A stretch of DNA of 64,000 nt from Candidatus Micrarchaeota archaeon (GCA_021817325.1 JAKAVK010000018.1:9544-73543); one strand, 5' to 3'. Positions 53,981 through 63,389 are shown, counted from the first letter of the stretch. Numbers and translations are program-made. The notes: a model not told the origin generated them from the letters alone.

Positions 53981-54640
53981 ATGTATACTGAGGCCCATAG
54001 GGATTACGACTCCACAAACAGCCTCCTGAGCTTCCATACCGATTCTAAAATCAGAAAGGACGCTGCAAGGATGGCGATTGGCGTGCACCCGTCAAAAGTC
54101 CTTGATGTGGCTACGGGAACCGGCGATCTTGCCATCTACATATCTGAATTCGCAAAACGTTCAAATGTCAATGCGAAGGTGGTCGCCATAGATACAAACC
54201 ATGACATGCTGGGAATTGCCAAATCAAAGGCCGCAGAAAGCACAACGAGCGTGGAATTCGAGGTCGGCGACGTGTACAATATCAAATATCCAAACGGATA
54301 TTTCGACGTAGTCACATGCTCATTCGCAGTCAAGAATTTCGAAGTGCAGGAAAGAGCTATACAAGAAGTTAGGCGCGTGCTCAAGAAGGGCGGTACGTTT
54401 ATCATAGTCGACATCTCAAAACCGAAAGGCCTGCTTGGGGGAACTGCGTTTGGCATATACTGGATGTACATGTGGTTATTCGGGGTATTTACCAGAAAAA
54501 AACTGTACAAGTGGCTTCCTGGAAGCACGAGCGATTTCGACAGAGATAAGTTTGTCGAGACAATTAGGAAAAACGGATTTGGGGAGATAGGAATAAAGGA
54601 GTTCCTGTTCGGCATCGCCTACATCATAAACTGCAGATAA
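53981..54640 (+). CDS. Class I SAM-dependent methyltransferase (second UbiE-like copy)
   Basis: About 219 aa from the ATG at 53981. YDSTNSLLSFHTDSKIRK, VLDVATGTGDLA and FAVKNFE. The track ORF start at 53819 overlaps the previous gene and is less likely. Confidence 0.7.
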   Translation: MYTEAHRDYDSTNSLLSFHTDSKIRKDAARMAIGVHPSKVLDVATGTGDLAIYISEFAKRSNVNAKVVAIDTNHDMLGIAKSKAAESTTSVEFEVGDVYNIKYPNGYFDVVTCSFAVKNFEVQERAIQEVRRVLKKGGTFIIVDISKPKGLLGGTAFGIYWMYMWLFGVFTRKKLYKWLPGSTSDFDRDKFVETIRKNGFGEIGIKEFLFGIAYIINCR

Positions 54641-55022
54641 AATAGGCGGGATCTTAACTTAAATCCATCAAAGCAGCACAGATTGATATGGGTGGGTCTA
54701 CGTGTCATGGCTTGGACTGTAGACTCCGTCAGCTACACTGATCAGGATGCCTCTGTAAAGAACAAGTGATGCCATGTACCTGGCTCCCACACCTGCCTTT
54801 TTCAGTTTGCGGTCAAGTACGCTTGCTGTGTTGTCCCGGTTTATATTCCTGCTACTCATTCTATCGCGTGCCTGAGAGACCAGAGCGCCTCATGTCCACT
54901 TGGGAAGGTACAGCCATTTGAGCTTATCCTCTTGAAGATATTATAAGCGTTTAGCGCACACGCCGCCCAGGCCCCCCATTGGCTCGGGACCTCCAGGGTG
55001 TCCCATTGAACACAGATGCGTA

Positions 55023-55093
55023 TGGAGGCAAGGAGAATTGAACTCCTGTCTGCAGAATGTCAATCTGCTATCCTACCACTAGACTATGCCTCC
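55023..55093 (-). tRNA. tRNA-Val (anticodon GAC)
   Basis: Reverse complement: acceptor GGAGGCA/TGCCTCC, anticodon arm GCAGA-TTGACAT-TCTGC, T arm AGGAG-TTCAATT-CTCCT, discriminator A. Confidence 0.8.
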
Positions 55094-55115
55094 CGCTTAA
55101 ACAATAAGCGCTTAT

Positions 55116-56006
55116 CTAAATAAATGTATTGTATCCGTCATTGGCCAGCGTCGTGTCTTTGAATATCCTCTTCGCCTCAGCCTCAAGCTGCTGCGTGGTC
55201 TTGTAGCGAGCGCTGAAGTGTATGAGGACCAGGCGCGATACCTTTGCCTTCTTTGCAATCTCAGCGGCCTCCATCGCTGTCGAGTGCTTCCTCTCAACTG
55301 CAAGTTTCCTCTCTGTTTGTGCGTATGTTGCCTCGTGTATTAGAAGATCTGCTCCCTGCGCAGCATTTACGGTATTCTTCGAGGGCCTGGTGTCTGCGGC
55401 ATAGACTATCTTCTTGCCTCTCTGCAGGTGAGTCACGCTCTCCAGGTTGACCATCCTCTTGCCTATCCGGATCTTGCCCCTGCTCTGAAGTTCTGAAAAC
55501 ATCGGTCCCTTGAGCCCTGCAGCCTTGCTCTTTGCGCTGTCAAACTTTCGCCTGTCGTTTATCCTGAATATGTATCCGTATGTTGGGATAGTGTGGTCCT
55601 CTTTGAACGCGGAGACCGTGAAATCCTTGCCCTTGTAGACGGTGCCCGCATGTATGCCGACTACCGCGATCGGATACTCAATGACAGTCCTGTCAAATAC
55701 TATCAGGCTGCGTATCACGTTCTCATATCCCTTCGGAACAAAGATGCTCAGCTGCGTCTTCCTTCCGTTGAGTCCCAGTGTCCTTATCAGTCCGGCGATT
55801 CCTATTATGTGGTCGCCATGCGCATGGCTTACAAAGATCGCCCTTATCCTGGAAGAGTTTATTCCATACCTAAGCAGCTGCATCTGCGTGCCTTCTCCGC
55901 AGTCAAAAAGGAGCACATCTCCTTCGTGGACCAGGGCCACGCTGGTGAGATTGCGCTCCTTCGTAGGCGAAGCGCCCGATGTGCCTAGTACAGTCACTCT
56001 CTCCAT
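55116..56006 (-). CDS. rnz: Ribonuclease Z (tRNA 3' endonuclease)
   Basis: 296-aa ORF. Metallo-beta-lactamase motif VSHAHGDHIIGIAGL and a short-form RNase Z layout. Sits directly upstream of tRNA-Val. Confidence 0.85.
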   Translation of the reverse strand: MERVTVLGTSGASPTKERNLTSVALVHEGDVLLFDCGEGTQMQLLRYGINSSRIRAIFVSHAHGDHIIGIAGLIRTLGLNGRKTQLSIFVPKGYENVIRSLIVFDRTVIEYPIAVVGIHAGTVYKGKDFTVSAFKEDHTIPTYGYIFRINDRRKFDSAKSKAAGLKGPMFSELQSRGKIRIGKRMVNLESVTHLQRGKKIVYAADTRPSKNTVNAAQGADLLIHEATYAQTERKLAVERKHSTAMEAAEIAKKAKVSRLVLIHFSARYKTTQQLEAEAKRIFKDTTLANDGYNTFI

Positions 56007-57185
56007 TCAAATCTCCATCTTCACTATCTTATTCTTTAAGTCTATCTCTTTTATCTTGATTTCACCAAATTCCTTCCTGACATCTTCCAGGGTCGCCCTC
56101 TTATTCTCCCGCATATACGCAATGACTGAATTGATCAGGTTCATGTTCTCAAATATCCTGTGGGCTGCTGCGGCATAGTTTACGGCATCTGCCTTCGTCT
56201 GCTCTGCCAGTTCCATCTGCCTCTTGATGTTGGCGTCGATCTCCTCCAGTGCCTTGTTTTTGCCCTCTTCTCCGCCTGCAAACCTGCCTTCGGAATGCAG
56301 TGCATCCAGCAGCTCGCAAAGGCTGCCGTATTCACGCTTCTCAAGCCCTTCGTACTTCCTTATCGGCGCTATCGCATAATCTACAAATGCACCATCCTTC
56401 GAATAAGTCAGTGGTTCGGGGCGGCTTATCATCCTTGCAAAGCTGGTCAGTCCTTCGGCAAGGGCCTCTGCCTCCTTGTCCGTACGTATCGTGCCCCGTG
56501 GGTCCATGCCTGCCCTGAGTATTATGTCTTCCAGGTAGAGGGGGCCTATGTTTATGTGCCTTGACAGTTTGGATATAAGCTTGCCATCGTCCTTGCGTAT
56601 TTCATCGAGCATAGCCATCGCATCCTCCATTCCAAACCCCTCTATCTCCATACTGCTGCTTTTGGGTAATGCGTATTGTGTGCGCGGCTTAACCACCCTC
56701 TCCCTGTATGACGCCAGCGTATAAGCGAGCTCTGTTATGCCTTCCCCGTCAACCAGCACCATGTTGCCCTTTCCGAACATCTCTATAATCAGCCTATGCT
56801 GCAAACCCTTCCCCTCAAGGTCCATGACTATTATCCTGTCAGCCCCGTGCTGGTACAGCCGCAGCAGCCTGAGACCCTCTATCCTCCTTCTCATTGCAAT
56901 TGCAAACTGCGTGGCCTGTCCTCCTGTCTCAACATACATGGTCTCGTTGAAGGTGATGAGCAGTTTGCAGTAAACCGCCACATTCCTGCCCTCCCTGTAG
57001 AATCCAAACCTGAACGCCCCGCCTCCCAAATCATAGAATTTTCTGAGGAAGCCACCCTCTATCTTTGCCTTGAGCTCATTTATAAGCACTCTCAACTCTG
57101 ACGAGGTAAGTTCCCTCAATGCCACACCATTATACTGCTCAGGCCTTCCGTTTCCTGAGCCCTTCTTCCTTGACGATGCGCGCAA
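56007..57185 (-). CDS. NFACT-family protein (Rqc2/NEMF/FbpA-like), short form
   Basis: 392-aa ORF. N-terminal LINELKAKIEGGFLRKFYDLGGGAFRFGF resembles the NFACT-N domain and is followed by a coiled coil. Shorter than typical archaeal homologs. Overlaps the 3' end of the upstream gene by 47 nt, so the true start may be internal. Confidence 0.5.
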   Translation of the reverse strand: MRASSRKKGSGNGRPEQYNGVALRELTSSELRVLINELKAKIEGGFLRKFYDLGGGAFRFGFYREGRNVAVYCKLLITFNETMYVETGGQATQFAIAMRRRIEGLRLLRLYQHGADRIIVMDLEGKGLQHRLIIEMFGKGNMVLVDGEGITELAYTLASYRERVVKPRTQYALPKSSSMEIEGFGMEDAMAMLDEIRKDDGKLISKLSRHINIGPLYLEDIILRAGMDPRGTIRTDKEAEALAEGLTSFARMISRPEPLTYSKDGAFVDYAIAPIRKYEGLEKREYGSLCELLDALHSEGRFAGGEEGKNKALEEIDANIKRQMELAEQTKADAVNYAAAAHRIFENMNLINSVIAYMRENKRATLEDVRKEFGEIKIKEIDLKNKIVKMEI

Positions 57186-57930
57186 AGTGGCTTATCTGCC
57201 TCTTCACGCTGCCGGCCTTCTCAATCGCGGTGCCTATCTGCACGCCGTCAGCTCCGCTGCGTATCGTGGATGCAAGCGACTTGCCATCCCTTATCCCGCC
57301 AGCCACGATGTACGGCACGCTTATCACTGCCTTAACCGCCCTGATCATCTCTGGGGGGACGGGCCCGTTGCCCTGCAGCTGCGGGTTCGATCCAACATCC
57401 GTTATTATCAGCCTGTTGCCCAGGTATTCTCCTGCCAATGCAAGTGCTGAGGCGATCTTCGGTTTCGTGCGCGGCACAACGTTAACGTCTCCTACCCAGC
57501 CCACCGTGCCTCCAGGAGCGACAACTATGTATCCCACTGAGAGGGGTTCTATACCCAGGTGCTTTATCATCGGCGCCGAGAGCATCTGAGCCTGTGTTAT
57601 CCAGTAAGGGTTCCTTGCATTGAGCAGTGACATAAAGTACACGGCGTCGGCATACCTTGTCAATGTTGCTATATTGCCTGGAAAGAGTATTACAGGCCTG
57701 TCAGTAGCGTCCTTGATGCCCTTGGTGACATAGTCAAGCAATTCGCCCTGAGCGCCTATGCTGCCTCCTATGAGCACCGCATCCGCGCCTCCCCCTACCG
57801 CATCGCCTCCCGCGCGCACCGCGTGGTCTGGAGTATTGTAATCAACCGGGTCTATCAGGGTGAGCAGTACGGCACCCTTGTCTTCTATCCTCTCATTTAT
57901 ATATCGTTCAACCTTCCCGATTCTAGCCAA
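57139..57930 (-). CDS. Geranylgeranylglyceryl phosphate synthase
   Basis: 263-aa ORF. LTLIDPVDY, ADAVLIGGS, PVILFPGN, MSLLNARNPYWI and VAGGIRDG blocks match the GGGPS/PcrB TIM-barrel family. Confidence 0.85.
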   Translation of the reverse strand: MARIGKVERYINERIEDKGAVLLTLIDPVDYNTPDHAVRAGGDAVGGGADAVLIGGSIGAQGELLDYVTKGIKDATDRPVILFPGNIATLTRYADAVYFMSLLNARNPYWITQAQMLSAPMIKHLGIEPLSVGYIVVAPGGTVGWVGDVNVVPRTKPKIASALALAGEYLGNRLIITDVGSNPQLQGNGPVPPEMIRAVKAVISVPYIVAGGIRDGKSLASTIRSGADGVQIGTAIEKAGSVKRQISHFARIVKEEGLRKRKA

Positions 57931-57938
57931 TGAAACAC

Positions 57939-59072
57939 CTATTCTGTTGCCGTCGCCTCCTTCCTGTGGGTGGCCAGGTACGCCCGTATCATATCATAGC
58001 TGCCTTCCTTTATGCCTATCTTAGGGGAGAAGCCCAGCTCGCGGTTTATTAGAGAGATATCCAGTGCCCTGTCGCTTGTCAGGAACCTAAGCTCGTCACC
58101 GTCGATTCCATGGCTCTTTGCAAGCACCTTCACGAGTATCGGGCTCACACGGCGCATCGGCCGCGGAACCCCAAGCGTATCAGCAACCATGTTGTATAGG
58201 TACTGCTGCGTGTACTCGTGGCCGTCGGAAAGGTTGTAAGTCTTCCCCTTTGACATTCTCTTCGCTACAGCAAGGCCGAATGCATCTGCTGCATCACTGA
58301 CATGCACAAGTGCGAGGCGGTTCTGGCCGTTCCCGATGATATAAGCCTTCTGCTCCTTGATAAGCCTTATCACCTTGAAGAATGACTCTTCGAATCCGGG
58401 CCCATACAGCGTCGCTATCCTGAACACCGTTGACTCTATAGAAGCCCTATATTCGTTTATAACTCTCTCAGCAAGCATCTTGCTGTATCCGTACTTGTCA
58501 GTGGGCCTCAGAGCAGACTGCTCGGTCAGTACGCCGTTCCTGTATCTGCCGTACACGTCAACAGTGCTGGAGAAAAGGAAATGCTCTATCCTGAATCTCT
58601 CGCAGGTGTCCAGCAGGCTGCGCGTGCCCTCAACGTTAGTGCTGATCAGCCTTTTAGTGTCGCTCTTGTATTCGCTGACTATGGCTGCGAGATGGACAAC
58701 TATGTTTGCGCCATCGCACGCATTCGCCATAAGCTCCTTGTCCTTAATATCGCCGACAAACGGGACGACCCCTGCAGGCAGGCTCGTCAGCTGGTGCCTG
58801 CTCTGGACAAGGCCCCTAACCACGTATCCTTCCTTAAGGATCCGCGCTGCGACTACCCTGCCCAGCCGCCCTCCACAGCCTGTTATGAAGACGACTCCCT
58901 TGCCTTTTCCGGAATTCATTATCCTGTGCACATGTCTGTGCCTCTCATGGACCCGGTCCGCCGCTGTGCGTGCCACCCTGCTTGCAGCAGTATGTTTAGG
59001 CCTGCTAGTTATTTTCCTATGTACCTTGATCCTACGTTGCACCTTTATTCTGCGCGTGTATTTCGCCATCAT
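57939..59072 (-). CDS. NAD-dependent epimerase/dehydratase (SDR) with basic N-terminal extension
   Basis: Rossmann motif VVFITGCGGRLG with YSKMLAE-type Yx3K. The full 377-aa ORF begins with an ATGA overlap on the upstream stop and encodes a 51-aa Arg/His/Lys-rich leader (RRIKVQRRIKVHRKI). An internal ATG at 58919 would give a canonical 327-aa enzyme. Confidence 0.75.
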   Translation of the reverse strand: MMAKYTRRIKVQRRIKVHRKITSRPKHTAASRVARTAADRVHERHRHVHRIMNSGKGKGVVFITGCGGRLGRVVAARILKEGYVVRGLVQSRHQLTSLPAGVVPFVGDIKDKELMANACDGANIVVHLAAIVSEYKSDTKRLISTNVEGTRSLLDTCERFRIEHFLFSSTVDVYGRYRNGVLTEQSALRPTDKYGYSKMLAERVINEYRASIESTVFRIATLYGPGFEESFFKVIRLIKEQKAYIIGNGQNRLALVHVSDAADAFGLAVAKRMSKGKTYNLSDGHEYTQQYLYNMVADTLGVPRPMRRVSPILVKVLAKSHGIDGDELRFLTSDRALDISLINRELGFSPKIGIKEGSYDMIRAYLATHRKEATATE

Positions 59073-59896
59073 GCACCACCCTGGCTCCCTGACTCGCTCA
59101 GGAGCTTACTTGCAAGGAACCGCATATAGCCTTCCGGCACGTTGTTCATCGCATATGCCTCCCATTCCTTGCCAAATGGCATGTATATGCTTACTTTCGC
59201 GCCCCTTTTCATCGCCTTCCTTATCTTCTTATTGCTGTATCCAAACCTGAATTCGTATACCACTGACTTGTTCAGTTTCTTTGAGAGTATCTCCCAGAGC
59301 GTCTCATCTGGCGTAGAGAAAAGGACCATGTTGCTGACCATGCCGGATAAGAAATCAATATCCTTCACCAAAGCCGAGTAGGGTTTCTTCTTAGTTCCTT
59401 GCGTATTGAGCATAACCTTGATCGGCCTTGCGCGTTTGTGCTTCTTAACGTATTTTACTGCGTCAGCCACATCGGCCGCTATGCCGACCCCCCTGAACTT
59501 CTCAAAACAGTCAAAAATGCCGTTCTTCGCATCGCCGACTTCAGCCCAGACAAAGATGCCGTACTTGTTCGCCACCTCGACTATGCTTCTAAGGTTTTCC
59601 ACTGCGGCATCCTCGTCGAACGCGAAGCCGATCTGATCGACAGGTATCTGTATGCTGGCCTTGAGGCCCAGGCGCGAGAGCTGCCTTACAAGTTCTATGT
59701 AGGTTGTTGTCACATAGCGTGCCTTGGCCCTGTTCGCTATGTTGTTGCTGAGGAAGGTTATCGAGACTGGCATCTTCTTGCTGTTGAGCTCCTTGGTCTT
59801 CGATATCGCAGAACTCATCGTAGGTCCTGAGATATGCTTCCTAACAAGCCTATAGAGTATGCGTTCCACAAAAGACTCGTCAGCCAAATATATCAC
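59069..59896 (-). CDS. Proline dehydrogenase-family TIM-barrel protein (tentative)
   Basis: 275-aa ORF. The C-terminal block KVSIYMPFGKEWEAYAMNNVPEGYMRFLASKLL resembles the PRODH C-terminus (Y-x-P-x-G..W..Y..RR..E). Assignment is from memory of the family pattern. Confidence 0.45.
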   Translation of the reverse strand: MIYLADESFVERILYRLVRKHISGPTMSSAISKTKELNSKKMPVSITFLSNNIANRAKARYVTTTYIELVRQLSRLGLKASIQIPVDQIGFAFDEDAAVENLRSIVEVANKYGIFVWAEVGDAKNGIFDCFEKFRGVGIAADVADAVKYVKKHKRARPIKVMLNTQGTKKKPYSALVKDIDFLSGMVSNMVLFSTPDETLWEILSKKLNKSVVYEFRFGYSNKKIRKAMKRGAKVSIYMPFGKEWEAYAMNNVPEGYMRFLASKLLSESGSQGGA

Positions 59897-59986
59897 ATAT
59901 GCTAATCGTTATACACTTATCTTTTGCATTGCCCATTATATATAGCTAACAGATACAATACGAAAGTTTATAACAGTTGATAGCAT

Positions 59987-61216
59987 ATGCTGACCCTGTC
60001 TAAGTGCGAAGGAAGCGGCGGGCGGATTAAAGGCACTCCAGAAGGCTTCGTGGTAAAGGAGATAACTGCCAACGGTACGGTTCTTGTGCCTGGAAGAAGC
60101 TACGCGTGCGGCGAGTTGGGCTACGCGAATGCAGAGTCTGGCAGGTTCTCTACCTTCGTGATGCAGAAGACCAACTGGAACACTATACAGGCGCTGCTAA
60201 GGATCTCAAAGCTGCTCGGGCACGGAAAGGGTGCGATAGGCTACTGCGGTGTCAAGGACAGGACATCAGTCTCTGTCCAGCTCGCCAGTATCTTCGGCGC
60301 AAAGCCGCAGGACCTGCTGAGGCTGCGCATAAAGGACATAAGCATAAACGGCGCATGGCTCTCCTCCGGCCCGGTTGAGATGGGCAGCAACCTCGGCAAC
60401 GCGTTCGAGATTGCAGTAGAGGACATCAAGAGTCCGCAGAGCGTGGGGAAGGCGATAGAGGAGCTGGGAGGGAGCATGCCAAACTATTTCGACAGGCAGC
60501 GGTTCGGCTCAAGGCTAAACAACGCCAAGATAGGCATTGCCATAATCGGCGGCGACTTCGAAGCAGCCGCAATGCACGTGCTCCTTGATACTGATTGGGA
60601 GGAGGACAGGATCGCAGTCGAGGCCAGAAGACAGCTGGCGTCGGACCGCGACTTCGCCAAGGCGCTGTCGTATTTTCCGGGATACCTAAAAGGGGAACGG
60701 TCCGTACTTGCGCACCTCTCCACTCACAGCAAGGACTACGCAGGCGCGCTGCGCAAGCTTCCCAGAGGCATAACCATCATGTTCATACACGCTGTCGAGG
60801 CCCTGGTATTCAACATGGCACTCGAGGCACGTATAAGAGGGGCAGATTTCGACTGCCCGGCAAGCTGCGGCTCAAACTTCTATGGCTTTCCCGACACAAC
60901 TACCATATCTGCGCACGGAGAATACGGGCTCTCACCCCTGATCGGTTATCAGACTGACGATAGCCACATAACAAGCTACGAGAGCAATGCGATGGGGAAG
61001 ATAGGCGTATCCAAAGAGGACTTCAAGATAAAGGGCATGCCGGAGCTGAGCATGAAGGGCGCACTAAGGCCGCTTCTTGCGCCTGTAAAAGATATCGCCT
61101 ATTCCTTTGACCACGGTACCAAGGTATCCTTCTCCATACCCGCTGGTTCCTATGCCACTGTATTCATGAACGAGATCACGAAGCGCGACGATCTCAACCT
61201 CGAGAGATTGAGATAG
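59987..61216 (+). CDS. truD: tRNA pseudouridine synthase TruD/Pus7
   Basis: 409-aa ORF. Catalytic-Asp motif YCGVKDRTSVSVQ (GxKD), FVVKEI N-terminal strand and NYFDRQRFG block. Confidence 0.8.
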   Translation: MLTLSKCEGSGGRIKGTPEGFVVKEITANGTVLVPGRSYACGELGYANAESGRFSTFVMQKTNWNTIQALLRISKLLGHGKGAIGYCGVKDRTSVSVQLASIFGAKPQDLLRLRIKDISINGAWLSSGPVEMGSNLGNAFEIAVEDIKSPQSVGKAIEELGGSMPNYFDRQRFGSRLNNAKIGIAIIGGDFEAAAMHVLLDTDWEEDRIAVEARRQLASDRDFAKALSYFPGYLKGERSVLAHLSTHSKDYAGALRKLPRGITIMFIHAVEALVFNMALEARIRGADFDCPASCGSNFYGFPDTTTISAHGEYGLSPLIGYQTDDSHITSYESNAMGKIGVSKEDFKIKGMPELSMKGALRPLLAPVKDIAYSFDHGTKVSFSIPAGSYATVFMNEITKRDDLNLERLR

Positions 61217-61220
61217 AGTG

Positions 61221-61319
61221 CGCCGGGGTAGGGATTTGAACCCTAACTTCCTTGCGGAAACCAGATCTCGAGTTTCGCCTGAATGCAACTGGCGCGTTAC
61301 CGGATTCCGCCACCCCGGC
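61221..61319 (-). tRNA. tRNA-Ser (anticodon CGA) with putative 15-nt intron at a non-canonical position
   Basis: Reverse complement: acceptor GCCGGGG/CCCCGGC, discriminator G, long variable arm TTCC-GCAA-GGAA, T arm TAGGG-TTCAAAT-CCCTA. The anticodon region CCAG[TTGCATTCAGGCGAA]A-CTCGAGA-TCTGG folds canonically only if 15 nt in the 5' anticodon stem (about position 30/31) are removed. Confidence 0.65.
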
Positions 61320-61344
61320 ACAAAGTAGTATTAAAACACCAGCG

Positions 61345-61354
61345 ATATTTAAAT
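61345..61354 (-). promoter_or_regulatory. TATA-like box upstream of tRNA-Ser
   Basis: ATATTTAAAT lies 26-35 nt upstream of the tRNA 5' end, the expected archaeal TATA-to-TSS spacing. Confidence 0.5.
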
Positions 61355-61500
61355 GTTTGACTTGATATACTCATGTGTGCTATGTCATTCATTTGGATAC
61401 GCGGATCGCAGAATGGAGATACGTGATATGTAAAAGCGAACGGTCCGTAAACAGATTAATATAAAAAGGCATAAACCAATTGATTAAAGAGAAAGTTCAT

Positions 61501-63066
61501 ATGACGATTATCATGCAGCGCATAAGCAAGCAGTTCCTGATGAGGCTCTCAACCGTTTTGCTCTTCACATTCCTCGCTGCGCTCGGAGTACTGTTCTCAG
61601 TGTATCTAGTGATCAGTGCAAACTCGCTGTACATGTACCTTGTTGCCTTCTGCTTTATACTACTTGCGCTGATCTCGGGCTTCTTCAACATAGCCACTTC
61701 GTACTGGTACTACCGCTCGTACTTTTACGATGCGTATCTGAGGGAGATAAGGAGCAGACTGAAGCCTCTTACGCACTTCCCTGCGGTGGCTATTGCAATG
61801 CCAGTCTTCAACGAGAGCCCTGAGGTCGTGGAGAAGAATATGCTCAGGCTCATGGACATGAACTATCCAAAGAACAAGCTCGTGTTCTATCTGCTGGACG
61901 ATTCGACCAGCGACGAGGTCAAAAGCAGACTCAGCAAGTTCTCCTCTACGCACGGCATACGGTACATACATAGGGAGAGCAGGAAAGGATTCAAGGCAGG
62001 CGCGCTCAACAACATGCTCAGGGAGTCAAATGAGGACTACGTCGCAATATTCGATTACGATGAATACCTTACCAACATAAACTTCCTGAAGGACACGCTG
62101 CCCTATTTTGCAGACGAGGAGCTTTCATACATACAGACGACCAAGCGCTATGCGAAGGGCACGTTCTTCTCAGATACAGTCGCACTATTCGACGCTTTCT
62201 TCTTCAGGTTCGTGCAGCCCGCAAGGGCCCTGAACAACACCGCAATATTCGCAGGCTCATGCGGCATAATAAGGAAGGCATCGCTTGACAAGATCGGCGG
62301 CTTTCCCGAGTATATAATCGAGGATACATTCTTCAGCTTCGAATCTGATCTGTCAAAGTTCAAGAGCCTATACGTACCAAAGGTTTATGCACTTGGCGCG
62401 CCTGTTACTAACTTCAGCCAGGTTGCAAAGCAGCAGTGGCGCTACAACTACGGCGACACCCAATTCCTCATGTATTTCTTCTCGAGGAAGAGGAACGGCA
62501 GAAAGACAAAGCCTCTATCACCGCTCTCAAACATGGACTACATGACGCACGGCTTCGGTTTCAACTACCTGTCCATAATAGTGATAATGTTCACCCTGAC
62601 CTCGATCCTCGTTGTCTATTCATCCAATCCGATAGCGCATATAACTCCGAGCCAGATCTTCAGCTCAAAGTACATCAACTTCGACCTTGAGCTTTTCGGA
62701 ATAAGTGCATTCCTGTTCTCGTTCCTGACACCCGTCATACTCACAAAGATCTATTTCGGGTCCTTCAAGAAGGGCTTCATGGTATTCATGATAAATTTTG
62801 CCCTGGCATTCATCAGGTCGAAGGCGGCGTTCAGTGCGGTGCTAAACCGCACACCTAAGGCGGGCTGGATAAGAGCAAGGCTGGGTATGGACAAGAAGGC
62901 ATTCATTGCGGCCAGGCACTCGTTCGTGGAGATTCTCTTCTCCATACTCCTGCTAATACTAGGGGGATTTGCAATAGTGATAGACAACTTCTCGGGCGGG
63001 CTGTGGCTACTGTGGTACGGAATGCTATACAGCACCACGTTCTACTTCTTCTACAAATACGGGTAA
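61501..63066 (+). CDS. Processive family-2 glycosyltransferase (cellulose/chitin/hyaluronan synthase-like) with flanking TM domains
   Basis: About 521 aa from the ATG at 61501. N-terminal TM pair, VAIAMPVFNESPEVV, YLLDDSTSD, IFDYDE, IIEDT and Q-x-x-R-W-like QQWRYNYG. Multiple C-terminal TM helices. Confidence 0.8.
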   Translation: MTIIMQRISKQFLMRLSTVLLFTFLAALGVLFSVYLVISANSLYMYLVAFCFILLALISGFFNIATSYWYYRSYFYDAYLREIRSRLKPLTHFPAVAIAMPVFNESPEVVEKNMLRLMDMNYPKNKLVFYLLDDSTSDEVKSRLSKFSSTHGIRYIHRESRKGFKAGALNNMLRESNEDYVAIFDYDEYLTNINFLKDTLPYFADEELSYIQTTKRYAKGTFFSDTVALFDAFFFRFVQPARALNNTAIFAGSCGIIRKASLDKIGGFPEYIIEDTFFSFESDLSKFKSLYVPKVYALGAPVTNFSQVAKQQWRYNYGDTQFLMYFFSRKRNGRKTKPLSPLSNMDYMTHGFGFNYLSIIVIMFTLTSILVVYSSNPIAHITPSQIFSSKYINFDLELFGISAFLFSFLTPVILTKIYFGSFKKGFMVFMINFALAFIRSKAAFSAVLNRTPKAGWIRARLGMDKKAFIAARHSFVEILFSILLLILGGFAIVIDNFSGGLWLLWYGMLYSTTFYFFYKYG

Positions 63067-63116
63067 TCCTCTTGCCGAAGATATATCTCAAGAGCTATGT
63101 GACCGAGAAGGGCACA

Positions 63117-63389
63117 ATGATAGCCATGTGCGATGCTGAATTGATAGGCAAGGTACTGAGCGAAGGCAAGATGGAGCTAAATCTCGACAGGTATGCAGAT
63201 TTCTACAAGGGCCAGTTGCTTGAGCCTGCGGAAGCGGAGAGGAACATAAAGGAGGAACCATCCATATACTCGGCAAATGTAGTCGGGAATAGATCAGTCA
63301 ACATACTGATAAAGAACGGGATAGTGGGTAAGGAAGACGTCAAGCAGGTCGAAGGTGTGCCGTTCGTACATCTATACAATGTACTCTGA
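63117..63389 (+). CDS. DUF424-family protein
   Basis: IAMCDAELIGKVLSEGKMELNLDRYADFYKG matches the DUF424 pattern. An in-frame TTG at 63072 (giving MPKIYLKSYVTEKGT...) may be the real start. Confidence 0.6.
   Translation: MIAMCDAELIGKVLSEGKMELNLDRYADFYKGQLLEPAEAERNIKEEPSIYSANVVGNRSVNILIKNGIVGKEDVKQVEGVPFVHLYNVL

Noticed and set aside
54698-54859. 53-aa minus-strand ORF (MSSRNINRDNTASVLDRKLKKAGVGARYMASLVLYRGILISVADGVYSPSHDT)
   Set aside because: It is short, with no SD or promoter seen and no recognisable family. It is mentioned only as the sole ORF in that gap.
58357-59250. 297-aa plus-strand ORF (and the 182-aa ORF at 58581-59129)
   Set aside because: They are antisense to the SDR epimerase and PRODH-like genes, which have clear motifs. 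Ser/Leu/Pro-rich shadow frames.
61221-61319. Alternative identities for the long-arm tRNA (Leu, Cys GCA, or Sec TCA)
   Set aside because: Loops centred on GCA, TCA or CAG lack a U33 and purine-37 context and have no flanking 5-bp stem. The G discriminator and the CTCGAGA loop with the CCAGA/TCTGG stem fit Ser(CGA) best.
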